Source: Candidatus Thorarchaeota archaeon (GTDB lineage Archaea; Asgardarchaeota; Thorarchaeia; Thorarchaeales; Thorarchaeaceae). Taken from it: a DNA stretch of 64,000 nucleotides. The stretch spans positions 11,257 to 75,256 of the forward strand of contig JBHLQS010000001.1 in assembly GCA_048883405.1 (NCBI GenBank), written 5' to 3'. The number at the start of each line of letters is the position of its first letter. Positions within the stretch are counted from its first letter, which is position 1. Under the pieces are notes generated by a model. The model had not been told where the DNA came from, did no database searches, and saw only the letters and a program-made list of their open reading frames with translations. The position numbers and the translations under genes are program-made. Shown one piece after another: positions 46,835 through 55,890 of the stretch.

Positions 46835-48913
46835 CTAGGTCCCAGAGGATCTAGAAAGTCGTATAGTACCTTCTCCCTTAGGCCTATATATATCGCCAGC
46901 CTGTTCGAGCCGTTTTATGATGTCTTCGGCCTTGTCTCGAGGTATACCCTTTATCTCTAATCTCTGTAACAGCTCGACTTCGCTATTTACACCTTCATCC
47001 ATCATAACTCTGAGTGTGTCGATAATCGCAATTCTGATGTTTCTCCTACCTGAAGGCTCCTCTGCATATATACGGTCTGCATCAAATTCCCCAGTATCAA
47101 TGTCGTAGAACACCTTTTCCATTGACGCTTTCATCAGGTCGACAGCTGCCAATCCGTCTTCTCTGCTGACCTCACGCTTCAGTGCCATTCTTGCTCGAGC
47201 TTCTGCAAGACGTACTAAGGACTCCAGCTGTCGGGCTGTAATCGGTATAGGGGCATCTTCTTCTTGGGCTTTTTTTCGAAGACCCACATAGAAGTCCTGT
47301 ATTGCTTCTGCGGCCTCGGGGGTCAGTTTAGGCTCAAACTCGCGGTGCGCAAATGCAATATACTTCTTCAAGAGCTTCTTCGGGATCGGAGCTTTCTCAT
47401 CTTTTACCTTCCTCGGTTTCCCCTGGTGCAGGTCTAGAATGAATCCTGCTAGGTCTTTATCGCGCTCCTCTTCTGGAGTGTCAATCATGACCCAGATTAA
47501 ATCAAATCTGGACAAAATTGTGAAGGGTAGTTTGATGTTTTCTTGTGGAGTCCATGATATGTTGTATCGGCCAAGGGAAGGATTCGCTGCAGCTAGAATT
47601 GAAGTGCGTGCATTTAGTGTCGCAACAATGCCCGCCTTTGCTATGCTCACAGTATGTTGTTCCATTGCTTCGTGTATTGCTGTTCGATCATTCGGATCCA
47701 TTTTGTCAAACTCATCTATGCATGCAATTCCCTTGTCTGCTAGAACCAATGCTCCAGCTTCAAGTGTCATAGCCCCACTGTCTGTGTCATGAACAACAGC
47801 TGCTGTCAGACCTGCCGCAGTGGTACCCTTTCCTGATGTGTATAGGGCTCTGGCGCCAAGATCCGCCACATATTTCAAGATCTGACTTTTTCCTGTCCCA
47901 GGATCACCGACCAGTAGAATGTTGGACCGTCCCCTTAGCCGAATTCCTTCTTCTTCAAATGTCTTCTCAACCCCACCGAAAAGAAGAAGGGAGATTGATT
48001 CCTTTATGTCGTCATGCCCTTGGATTGCAGGTGCGATTGATCTGTAAATCTTCTCATGAATATATGGATTCTCAGACAGTTTGAGTATCTCTTCCCTATC
48101 TTCAGGGGAAATATCAAGCTCATATTCCTTCTCTGCGACTTCTACCCCATTGGCTTCGATAAACACTCTAAAGGTGGCTAGCTTTCCACCCCTCCTCGTG
48201 AAGTCAGGTGCTGTCTGTAGCATTCCTGTCACATTGACCATGTCGCCAGGTCTCGAGATGTCTACGATGTCACCTTTGAGCACTGCATCAACGGACCGCG
48301 GCATTTGTCCTGGAGGAAGCTCCTCAGGTGATTCCTGTATTCGAACCTTCTGCCAGTCTATGAAACGTGATTTTCCAAGTAATAGCTTCATTGGAGTCTT
48401 TTTCCCACAGCTAGTACAAAACGCAGGTTCAGTGTAGCGACCTTCCTCTTGTTCTTGAGGAATCTCGTCACCACAAATTCTGCATTGGAATGTGGCATTG
48501 ACCAATAATGGCTTGACTTCACTCGCACGCATCATGATGCCCTTGATACGGATTAGCTTCCCAATGTGACGCGCTCGTATGTATCTAAGAGGAACAGTAT
48601 CGGTATAGTTGATGATACGGACATGTAATGCGTCATGCCCAATCGCTTCAACATACTTGGGATCTTCGATTCTAAGGATGGTAATCAATGCATTGTGGGC
48701 GTTCTTAAGAAATGACTGAGGATCTTCTGTAGCATCTGCTGTGAACTCATTATCAAAGCTGATAAGGTCTTCAAAGTCTATGACTAGCGAAGTTTCACCG
48801 TCGACGGACATCTCTTGTACTCTGGACCAATAGATTGGATTGCCATTCTCGTCTTTGAATGTACGAATGAACTCTTCGAACCTTCTCTCTTCGGTTTCCA
48901 TTTCAGTCGTCAT
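46835..48913 (-). CDS. mcm: MCM replicative helicase (no intein)
   Basis: Zn finger CRICGDE...CTSCG, Walker A GDPGTGKSQ, Walker B IDEFDKM, arginine finger SRFDL. Confidence 0.9.
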   Translation of the reverse strand: MTTEMETEERRFEEFIRTFKDENGNPIYWSRVQEMSVDGETSLVIDFEDLISFDNEFTADATEDPQSFLKNAHNALITILRIEDPKYVEAIGHDALHVRIINYTDTVPLRYIRARHIGKLIRIKGIMMRASEVKPLLVNATFQCRICGDEIPQEQEEGRYTEPAFCTSCGKKTPMKLLLGKSRFIDWQKVRIQESPEELPPGQMPRSVDAVLKGDIVDISRPGDMVNVTGMLQTAPDFTRRGGKLATFRVFIEANGVEVAEKEYELDISPEDREEILKLSENPYIHEKIYRSIAPAIQGHDDIKESISLLLFGGVEKTFEEEGIRLRGRSNILLVGDPGTGKSQILKYVADLGARALYTSGKGTTAAGLTAAVVHDTDSGAMTLEAGALVLADKGIACIDEFDKMDPNDRTAIHEAMEQHTVSIAKAGIVATLNARTSILAAANPSLGRYNISWTPQENIKLPFTILSRFDLIWVMIDTPEEERDKDLAGFILDLHQGKPRKVKDEKAPIPKKLLKKYIAFAHREFEPKLTPEAAEAIQDFYVGLRKKAQEEDAPIPITARQLESLVRLAEARARMALKREVSREDGLAAVDLMKASMEKVFYDIDTGEFDADRIYAEEPSGRRNIRIAIIDTLRVMMDEGVNSEVELLQRLEIKGIPRDKAEDIIKRLEQAGDIYRPKGEGTIRLSRSSGT

Positions 48914-49050
48914 GATTAGTCAGAACACTCCAGATGTAGTCCTAGTGATGTCGCACGACTCTCACACTGTGTCTGTAGGGTCGATATTAAAACCCGTTCT
49001 CGTTAGTTGTGAGTTTGCTTTTTAACTCTGTCAGAGCTTTCGGACATTCT

Positions 49051-49653
49051 TCAGACCAGGGTCTTTTCTTTCACCATTTCGCGCCAAGCAGAAAGCAGAG
49101 AGTAGAGTTCATCTGCAAGCCACCTCTCTTCCCGCGACATTCTCTTACGGTTATCCTGACTTACACCAGATTCTGGTTTTGCAGCGCGTATTATTTTGGA
49201 CAAGCGGGTTTCGGTTAGAATTCTTAGCATTGTGCTCATCTTCTTAATATCGGCATAACGACGCGGTTCCATTGAGGTCTTGTCACTTTGTAGCTGATTC
49301 ATCTTTCGGATGAGAGCTGAATAAAGCAATTTGGGCCGTTCATTCTTCTTATCATACAGACTCTGTAATTTGGGATCCTCTCTTTCTGTGTTATACAGGT
49401 TTTGAAAGGGCCGAAAGGAATCATATGCATCACTGACATCCAAGTCAACAAGATCATGTGCAACAAGCTTCTCGATTGCCCAATTATGAAGTTGCACAGC
49501 AGTTTCGGCTTTGAAAGGACCTAATCTCTCTCCTCCAATTGTGATTTCTGGCAAATCCTCACGAAAGATACACATACGGGTTTCGTTTAGAAACTGCATT
49601 GCAAATCGGTCCCTTACAGTTTCGGGGTCGTGTTGAGAATTCATTATATGCAC
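49051..49653 (-). CDS. Gins23-like GINS subunit candidate (B-domain then A-domain), encoded directly upstream of mcm
   Basis: Beta-rich N-terminus (ITIGGERLGPFKAETAVQL) then helical C-terminal half; gins23-mcm adjacency is a known archaeal arrangement. Sequence-level assignment is weak. Confidence 0.35.
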   Translation of the reverse strand: MHIMNSQHDPETVRDRFAMQFLNETRMCIFREDLPEITIGGERLGPFKAETAVQLHNWAIEKLVAHDLVDLDVSDAYDSFRPFQNLYNTEREDPKLQSLYDKKNERPKLLYSALIRKMNQLQSDKTSMEPRRYADIKKMSTMLRILTETRLSKIIRAAKPESGVSQDNRKRMSREERWLADELYSLLSAWREMVKEKTLV

Positions 49654-49770
49654 AATTTTCGATTGATTGGCGCACCATAAGAACTTGTTCTAGAGTGCGA
49701 ATTGTAGTGCTGCTTTTAGTCTAACATGAATATCATCTAGTGGAGTTGATCTTCTATTTCCAATTGACTG

Positions 49771-50796
49771 ATGCTTCCGGAGAAGCTTTTAAGAACAATA
49801 GAAGATTGTCAGTGCAGCCTACGACTGGATGGAGATCACATGGATTTAGACCTCTGGACAGAAAAATACCGCCCTCCCACACTCGGGGGAATTATTGGAC
49901 AGGAATCGATAATTGAGAGTCTAACCAAGTTCGTGGAGAACAGGAATGTACCACATTGTCTATTCAGCGGACCTCCAGGCACAAGCAAGACCACTGCTGC
50001 AATGGCGATGGCAAGGGATCTCTTTGGCGACACTTTTGATCGTAACTTCATGGAACTGAATGCAAGTGATGAGAGGGGCATTGATGTCGTCAGGAATCAG
50101 ATAAAGAACTTCGCTCGGACCATACCAGCGGAAGATGCACCCTTCAAGATTCTGGTCCTAGATGAGGCAGACCATCTTACTGCTGATGCTCAACATGCAT
50201 TGAGACGGACGATGGAATCGTATGCAAGCTCATGCAGAATGATATTGATATGTAACTATTCGAGCAGGATAATTCCGCCAATTCAATCTAGATGCGCGAT
50301 ATTCAGATTTGCCCGATTAAGTGATGACTCGATGGCTGAAAGAATCAAATTCATTGCGAAAAAGGAGAAAGTGCCTGTTAACGTAGGTGGGACAAGAGCT
50401 ATACTCTATCTCGCAGAAGGGGACATGCGGGCTGCTATCAACCTTCTTCAAGCATCTGCATCTGCAGGAGAAAAAGTGGATGATAAAATAGTCTACTCGA
50501 TAGCTGGAAGAGCAAACCCCAAAGCGATTAGGGAGATGCTAGACTCCGCTGACGCGAGCTATGAGGACTCTCTGGAGAAACTTAGAGTACTCATCTATCA
50601 ACAAGGAGTGTCACCAGTAGATTTGGCAAGACAACTGCATAGAGAAGTGTTGAAGCTGGATATGGCTGAGAATCAAAAGATGTTGATTCTTGAGAGGGCT
50701 GCAGAAGTCGAATTTCGGATAGGAGAAGGAGCGAGTGGAGAGGTCCAGCTTAGTGCACTATTGGCGCATATAGGACTGGAACGGGGTAAATCATGA
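49771..50796 (+). CDS. rfcS: Replication factor C small subunit
   Basis: WTEKYRP, GPPGTSKTT, DEAD-like LDEADHLT, SRC motif (SRCAIFRF). Confidence 0.9.
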   Translation: MLPEKLLRTIEDCQCSLRLDGDHMDLDLWTEKYRPPTLGGIIGQESIIESLTKFVENRNVPHCLFSGPPGTSKTTAAMAMARDLFGDTFDRNFMELNASDERGIDVVRNQIKNFARTIPAEDAPFKILVLDEADHLTADAQHALRRTMESYASSCRMILICNYSSRIIPPIQSRCAIFRFARLSDDSMAERIKFIAKKEKVPVNVGGTRAILYLAEGDMRAAINLLQASASAGEKVDDKIVYSIAGRANPKAIREMLDSADASYEDSLEKLRVLIYQQGVSPVDLARQLHREVLKLDMAENQKMLILERAAEVEFRIGEGASGEVQLSALLAHIGLERGKS

Positions 50797-52007
50797 AAAG
50801 CAAAAACCTGCCTTGGCCAGAACTCCACCGTCCCACGAGTCTTAAGCAGGTGGCTGGTAATGTCGATGCAATAGCAGAACTGAGGAAGTGGATTCAGTCT
50901 TGGATTGATGGGATGCCTGGCAAGAGAGCTGCATTGTTGATTGGCCCTCCAGGTGTGGGAAAGACGGCTTCTGTTGGTGCGCTCTCTCACGACTACGACC
51001 TAGAATTGGTAGAGTTCAATTCAAGTGATAAGCGAAACAAGGGAAATATCGAGAACCAGGTATGGAAAGCGGCAACGCAACAGACACTGGATGGTAGACT
51101 TCGTCTTCTTCTCCTAGACGAGGTAGACGGACTGTCCGGGACAAGCGATCGAGGAGGGGTGGGTGCAATTCTGAGAATCGTGGAAGACACAGTCCACCCC
51201 ATTATAATGACGGCGAATGACCCAAACAGCCCACGCCTCAAGGATTTGGTGAAGGTCTGTAAGGTGTTCATTTTCGACCCAATTGAAGCAAGTGATATGG
51301 TAACTGTCATCAGAAAGATTGCAGCTGCGCATGATTCTGTGTTCTCTGATGACGTGCTAGAAGGAATTGTTGATAGGGCTGGGGGTGACCTTCGAGCTGC
51401 AATAGCAGATCTTGAAACACTCTCTGTAAGCGGACGCACATCTGATGTGGGACTGCCATCACGTGATGTACGTCGTGAGATTAGGGATGTCTTTGGACGA
51501 CTGTTTATGACTACAGACCCAGAAATAGCTAAACGTGTTGTTTCTGATTTGGATATGGACCACAATCAACTGCTTCTATGGCTTGAAGAGAATGTACATC
51601 TTCATCTTACAACTCCGGAAGAACTGGACCGGGGTTTTGACTTTCTCTCGCTTGCTGATTTGTCACTCGGACGAATTTGGAGGCGGCAGAACTGGAAGCT
51701 GCTGGCCTATGTGTATGACTTCCTAGCGGCTGGAATTTCGACAAGCAGAAAGGTGACACCATATAGGAGAGTTGAGTATTCTCAGCCGGCTTGGCCGATG
51801 TTGATTTTCCGGGGGAATAGAAAACGCGACAAGGAAGCAGACCTTCTCCGGAAACTCTCTAAGATCGCTTCGATTTCCACAAGGAGAACGGCACCAACTT
51901 ACAGGAATGCAATAATGGAGATAGTCAGAAGGAATCCTCGATTGAAAGAAGTCTTCTCTGAGTGGCTAGAAGTCAAAAAGAGCTTCTTTGACGAAAGAAG
52001 CCGCTGA
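50793..52007 (+). CDS. rfcL: Replication factor C large subunit
   Basis: GPPGVGKT, DEVDGL, overall RfcL pattern; 4-nt overlap with rfcS. Confidence 0.85.
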   Translation: MKSKNLPWPELHRPTSLKQVAGNVDAIAELRKWIQSWIDGMPGKRAALLIGPPGVGKTASVGALSHDYDLELVEFNSSDKRNKGNIENQVWKAATQQTLDGRLRLLLLDEVDGLSGTSDRGGVGAILRIVEDTVHPIIMTANDPNSPRLKDLVKVCKVFIFDPIEASDMVTVIRKIAAAHDSVFSDDVLEGIVDRAGGDLRAAIADLETLSVSGRTSDVGLPSRDVRREIRDVFGRLFMTTDPEIAKRVVSDLDMDHNQLLLWLEENVHLHLTTPEELDRGFDFLSLADLSLGRIWRRQNWKLLAYVYDFLAAGISTSRKVTPYRRVEYSQPAWPMLIFRGNRKRDKEADLLRKLSKIASISTRRTAPTYRNAIMEIVRRNPRLKEVFSEWLEVKKSFFDERSR

Positions 52008-52806
52008 GTGCACTTACTGTATGTCTGGATCTCTTGAGATAATTCAAATGGACTTTCAACTGCTTTTGGACTCTTGAAATTGCATACTTGCTTATGGTCA
52101 TGCGAATTGGTATGGCTGTTTCAATCAGAACCAGGCATTCTGGTGGAGCAGGCTCAACACCTCCTGGAATTGTGCTATAGCCATTGAGATGATTTGAGAA
52201 TGTCTGAATGTCCATAGCGCCAGTTCCAATCTGTTCAAGCAGTGATACTGTCTTTCTGATTAGCTTCCAAAGGAAGTTGGTACCAAAGATGTCTAGAATA
52301 ATGCTGTCATCCGACTTCAGAAGGCTTGCATTGATAATCGTGGTTGTAGTTGGTCTATCACCATCTGGCTTGGAGAGATGAGAGAAATCGCGGGTTCCTG
52401 ACAATAGCTGTATAGCAGTTCTCATCTTCTGCAGACTCACATCTGATGGAGTCGTATCGAAATAGTATCTATAATGTCTCATAAGCACATCATATCGAGG
52501 GTTGAAATTGGGTGGGGCTATGCCATATGCCCATAATGCAATATCAGGTGGAAGGTATCTGTTTACTCTGTCTATCTCAAGCCTCTTTTCCCCGCTTATC
52601 ATTACGATTTGACCTATGCTATGCACTCCTCGGTCAGTACGGCCTGAGAGTTGTACCGTCTGAGTAGTATAGCTAGTTTCGCTCTTGGAGTCCCATTTAT
52701 TCAACGCGCTGATGAGTTCACCCTGTACAGTTTTGAGGTTTGACTGAAATTGAGATCCATGATAGGCATCCCCAAGATAGAAGAGACGTGCGATATAAGA
52801 GTGCAA
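51973..52806 (-). CDS. truA: tRNA pseudouridine synthase TruA/Pus1-like
   Basis: Catalytic motif GRTDRGVHS. Confidence 0.8.
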   Translation of the reverse strand: MHSYIARLFYLGDAYHGSQFQSNLKTVQGELISALNKWDSKSETSYTTQTVQLSGRTDRGVHSIGQIVMISGEKRLEIDRVNRYLPPDIALWAYGIAPPNFNPRYDVLMRHYRYYFDTTPSDVSLQKMRTAIQLLSGTRDFSHLSKPDGDRPTTTTIINASLLKSDDSIILDIFGTNFLWKLIRKTVSLLEQIGTGAMDIQTFSNHLNGYSTIPGGVEPAPPECLVLIETAIPIRMTISKYAISRVQKQLKVHLNYLKRSRHTVSALSGFFRQRSSF

Positions 52807-52822
52807 TTAGCAGACCTCTTAG

Positions 52823-53116
52823 TCATGACTGCCAAAGTCCGAATAGGTTGCGTAAGGCTCGTGCCCGGTGGTCCTCTATCCGATAGCGGTAGATTTTGAT
52901 TCTCCCAAACATCTTTTCCTCGACTAGACCTGATTTGATAAGTACCTCAAGATGCGACTTGGTCGAGCTATGATTCAAGGAAACTCTCCGGCAGAGTTCG
53001 GATATATTCAGCTCGCTGGAAGTGGCTAGCTCTTTTATTATCTTGATTCTCCCTCTCGAAGAGAATAGCTCCTCTATTGGCACTCGAAATCTGTCGTCAT
53101 TATCAGTAGAAATCAT
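52823..53116 (-). CDS. Small winged-helix transcriptional regulator
   Basis: ELATSSELNISELCRRVSLNHSSTKSHLEVLIKSGLVEE is HTH-like. Confidence 0.4.
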   Translation of the reverse strand: MISTDNDDRFRVPIEELFSSRGRIKIIKELATSSELNISELCRRVSLNHSSTKSHLEVLIKSGLVEEKMFGRIKIYRYRIEDHRARALRNLFGLWQS

Positions 53117-53127
53117 GAAACCCCCCT

Positions 53128-54321
53128 TCAGGTAAGTAGGTTGAGCAGATGTTGTTCCAACATGTCAGCTGGTACATCAGAGAGACCTATCAGGGTTGTT
53201 TGACCTCTCTGGCCAGCACCAGAACGTTTTGTGTCCAGAAGCCCATGCGCATTTAGATCCTGTACCCATTCCCAAATCTGAGTGTGCGCCCTTGGGTCCT
53301 CGCCGTACTCCTCGCATATCGGACGATACATCTCTTCAAGCTCACCCATTGTGATATAGGCGCCACGATTCACCTTGAGTTGTCTTGCAGCTGCAAGGAG
53401 AAGAAGCATATTCTGTCGTGGGAGAGTTGCGAACACCTCCTTCCTCAGCTCGGGGTGTGTGTCTGCCTTGGCCTTACGGGCATAATCAGGAATCACCTTT
53501 CGGGAGTCTGCACCATCGGCTTGCTTTCCTGCACGCCACAGGAGTTCGATTGCATAACGGGCGTCCCCCCGTTCTGAGGCAATGTCGCAGATGAGTTGCA
53601 GTGTTTCATCCATAACAGCATCCTTCTCGAATGCCATATCCGCACGCTCCTTTAGAATATCATATAGTGCATCAGATGCATATTGATCAAAACGAAGTAT
53701 GTTTCTTTGAAGTGTGCTCAATGTGCTTTGATCCAAGATACTCTCATCAAGGGGAATCTTTCTCCCCACTCCGATTACAGATAGACGCTGAGGGGCATTC
53801 AACCGATCATCCATCAGCCTAGTCAAATCATAGAGAATGTCAGCTCCTCGTTGTCTAATGAAATAATCAAGCTCGTCAAGAATCAGTAGAAGGTGCCGAT
53901 CTTCTTCATCAAGTACTTCCACAACCATCTGTAGAATTTCTTCAGGTGAATGGCCTCTTCTGGGAAATCTTGGTTTAAATTCCCTCAACATCCGAAGATA
54001 TACAAGATAGGTACTCTTGCTCACTCTGCAGTTTATGTGAAGTTTGTGCAGTTGTATGCCACGCCGGGTAGCTGCTTTAACCATTTGATCCGCAAAACGC
54101 TTGGTTACAGCTGTCTTTCCGGTGCCTACTGGACCCTCGATAATGAACTTCTGACTTGCGTGACCGGGAGAAGCGATTAGTGTCTTGAAACTCTGGGCAA
54201 GCTTCCTCAACTCAGGCTCTCTATGTGGAAGATTCTCCGGAACATAGTCAATGGACAACAATTGCTCTGACTTGAATACACTCTGTCGACTCAGTTCATC
54301 TTCTACATAGTCATGCGTCAT
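53128..54321 (-). CDS. orc1: Orc1/Cdc6 replication initiator (paralog 2)
   Basis: Walker A GPVGTGKT, Walker B LILDELD, C-terminal wH. Confidence 0.85.
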   Translation of the reverse strand: MTHDYVEDELSRQSVFKSEQLLSIDYVPENLPHREPELRKLAQSFKTLIASPGHASQKFIIEGPVGTGKTAVTKRFADQMVKAATRRGIQLHKLHINCRVSKSTYLVYLRMLREFKPRFPRRGHSPEEILQMVVEVLDEEDRHLLLILDELDYFIRQRGADILYDLTRLMDDRLNAPQRLSVIGVGRKIPLDESILDQSTLSTLQRNILRFDQYASDALYDILKERADMAFEKDAVMDETLQLICDIASERGDARYAIELLWRAGKQADGADSRKVIPDYARKAKADTHPELRKEVFATLPRQNMLLLLAAARQLKVNRGAYITMGELEEMYRPICEEYGEDPRAHTQIWEWVQDLNAHGLLDTKRSGAGQRGQTTLIGLSDVPADMLEQHLLNLLT

Positions 54322-54543
54322 GAGTCATCCCGGTCCGAAATAGAAACAAATCAGCAACTTAAAAGAGTTATGCGAACTGTTCGATTAAATGAATGCGAGG
54401 AGTGGGGCTATCCGAAAGTAATAGTGGCGAGCTCATTACTCAAGATCCATATCATCGTCACTCTGGACTCATTGGGGTCATGGCAGTCATCACTCGCCGC
54501 TTTCAACTTAGTCTGCTTGTCCTTAAGTCTGACGAAAAGAATG

Positions 54544-54647
54544 TGCGGCCGCCGGGATTATCTCAACATATGACAGTCGTATGTCGGTTCGAACCCGGGT
54601 TGGAGGCTTGGGAGGCCTCCGTCCTAACCATGCTAGACTACGGCCGC
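54544..54647 (-). tRNA. tRNA-Gly (anticodon CCC) with a roughly 30-nt intron in the T-loop (position 59/60 or 60/61); CCA not encoded
   Basis: Reverse complement: GCGGCCG-TA-GTCTAGCATGGTTAGGAC-G-GAGGC-CTCCCAA-GCCTC-CAAC-CCGGG-TTCGAAC[CGACATACGACTGTCATATGTTGAGATAAT]CCCGG-CGGCCGC-A. Both halves of the T-stem are present only if the 30-nt insert is removed. Confidence 0.65.
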
Positions 54648-54753
54648 TGAAGAGGGCATCCTTGTGGTACATGATAAAAGACTATCGGCAAAATGCTCCA
54701 AGTCAACGCTTATCAAGGATTTGTGGAACAGCCGCCCCTGAGGATTATACTTC

Positions 54754-55890
54754 ATGGCCGGTCGCGATTTATCAGTCAACTTCTGGCAGGGAAATCAGGC
54801 ATGCGCCGAAGCTGCAATTGCAGCAGGATGCAGGTTCTTCGCTGGCTATCCAATCACTCCAGCCTCTGAGATTGCAGAAATAATGGCAGAAAGTCTTCCA
54901 AGTGTTGGAGGGACCTATCTCCAAATGGAGGATGAGATAGGTTCGATATCTGCAGTAATCGGTGCCTCATGGGGCGGCACCTTGTCAATGACGGCAACAT
55001 CCGGCCCTGGTTTCAGTCTCATGCAGGAAAACATAGGATATGCAATTATGACTGAAACTCCTTGTGTCATTGTAGATGTCCAACGTGCAGGACCCAGTAC
55101 TGGGCAGGCGACAAAAGGCGCACAAGGAGATTTCCAGCAATCAAGATGGGGGACACACGGTGATGTTGAGAGCATAGTGCTATGCCCAAATTCTGCTCAG
55201 GAAACATTTGAACTCACATTGCGTGCCTTTCATCTCTCGGAGAAGCTTAGACATCCAGTGGTAATTCTTTCTGATGAAACGGTGGGACATTCTCGAGAGA
55301 AGGTTGTTTTGAACATCAAGGAAGACCTTGAGGTTCAGCGAAGGTACGCAGAGGCAGGGATTCCTCCATTTGACGGATTCAATGAGAATGGTTGGGTGCA
55401 AATGCCCAAGTTCGGTGAGGGACACAACCTACTGGTCACTGGATCAACACATGACGAATATGGATATCGAAGGACGTCTGATCCGAAGGTACATGATAGA
55501 CTGATTCGTCGAATCTCGGCGAAAATTCAGAATGAACGTACCTTTCTCAGAGATGTGGTAGTTTCAGGTCAGGAGTCAGCTGAATGGGGAATTATATCGT
55601 ATGGTTGTACGTCAAGATCGGTAGATGAGTTGATTGCTAGGAGTTCAGGTGTCCCTCCTCTGAGATCACTACGATTGAGAACCGCATGGCCATTTCCAGA
55701 TTCTGAGATAAGGGAATTTGCTAAGTCAGTTGATCGATTGCTGGTGCCTGAGCTTAGTCTAGGACAGCTCTCCAGAGAGGTTTCAAGAGTAGTTGGCGAC
55801 TCTGTCGACGTGGTTTCACTCAGCAAGATTGGTGGAGGATTGATGATTGAGCCGGATGAAATCGTGGAGAGAATCAGATTAGAGTCATAG
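54754..55890 (+). CDS. korA: 2-oxoacid:ferredoxin oxidoreductase alpha subunit (KorA/PorA-like); no beta subunit adjacent
   Basis: GYPITPASEI, TPP/CoA-domain pattern, C-terminal LSLGQL...GG motif typical of KorA/PorA C-terminus. Confidence 0.75.
   Translation: MAGRDLSVNFWQGNQACAEAAIAAGCRFFAGYPITPASEIAEIMAESLPSVGGTYLQMEDEIGSISAVIGASWGGTLSMTATSGPGFSLMQENIGYAIMTETPCVIVDVQRAGPSTGQATKGAQGDFQQSRWGTHGDVESIVLCPNSAQETFELTLRAFHLSEKLRHPVVILSDETVGHSREKVVLNIKEDLEVQRRYAEAGIPPFDGFNENGWVQMPKFGEGHNLLVTGSTHDEYGYRRTSDPKVHDRLIRRISAKIQNERTFLRDVVVSGQESAEWGIISYGCTSRSVDELIARSSGVPPLRSLRLRTAWPFPDSEIREFAKSVDRLLVPELSLGQLSREVSRVVGDSVDVVSLSKIGGGLMIEPDEIVERIRLES

Noticed and set aside
50993-51565. 190-aa minus-strand ORF rich in Ser/Arg
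   Set aside because: It is antisense to rfcL, which has clear AAA+ motifs; composition is typical of a shadow ORF.
54322-54543. Possible second replication origin upstream of orc1/cdc6-2
   Set aside because: The spacer is AT-richer, but I could not find an ORB or mini-ORB match (TCCAGTGGAAA or its complement). Most of the region is taken up by the tRNA-Gly gene. Left as a mention under the replisome finding only.
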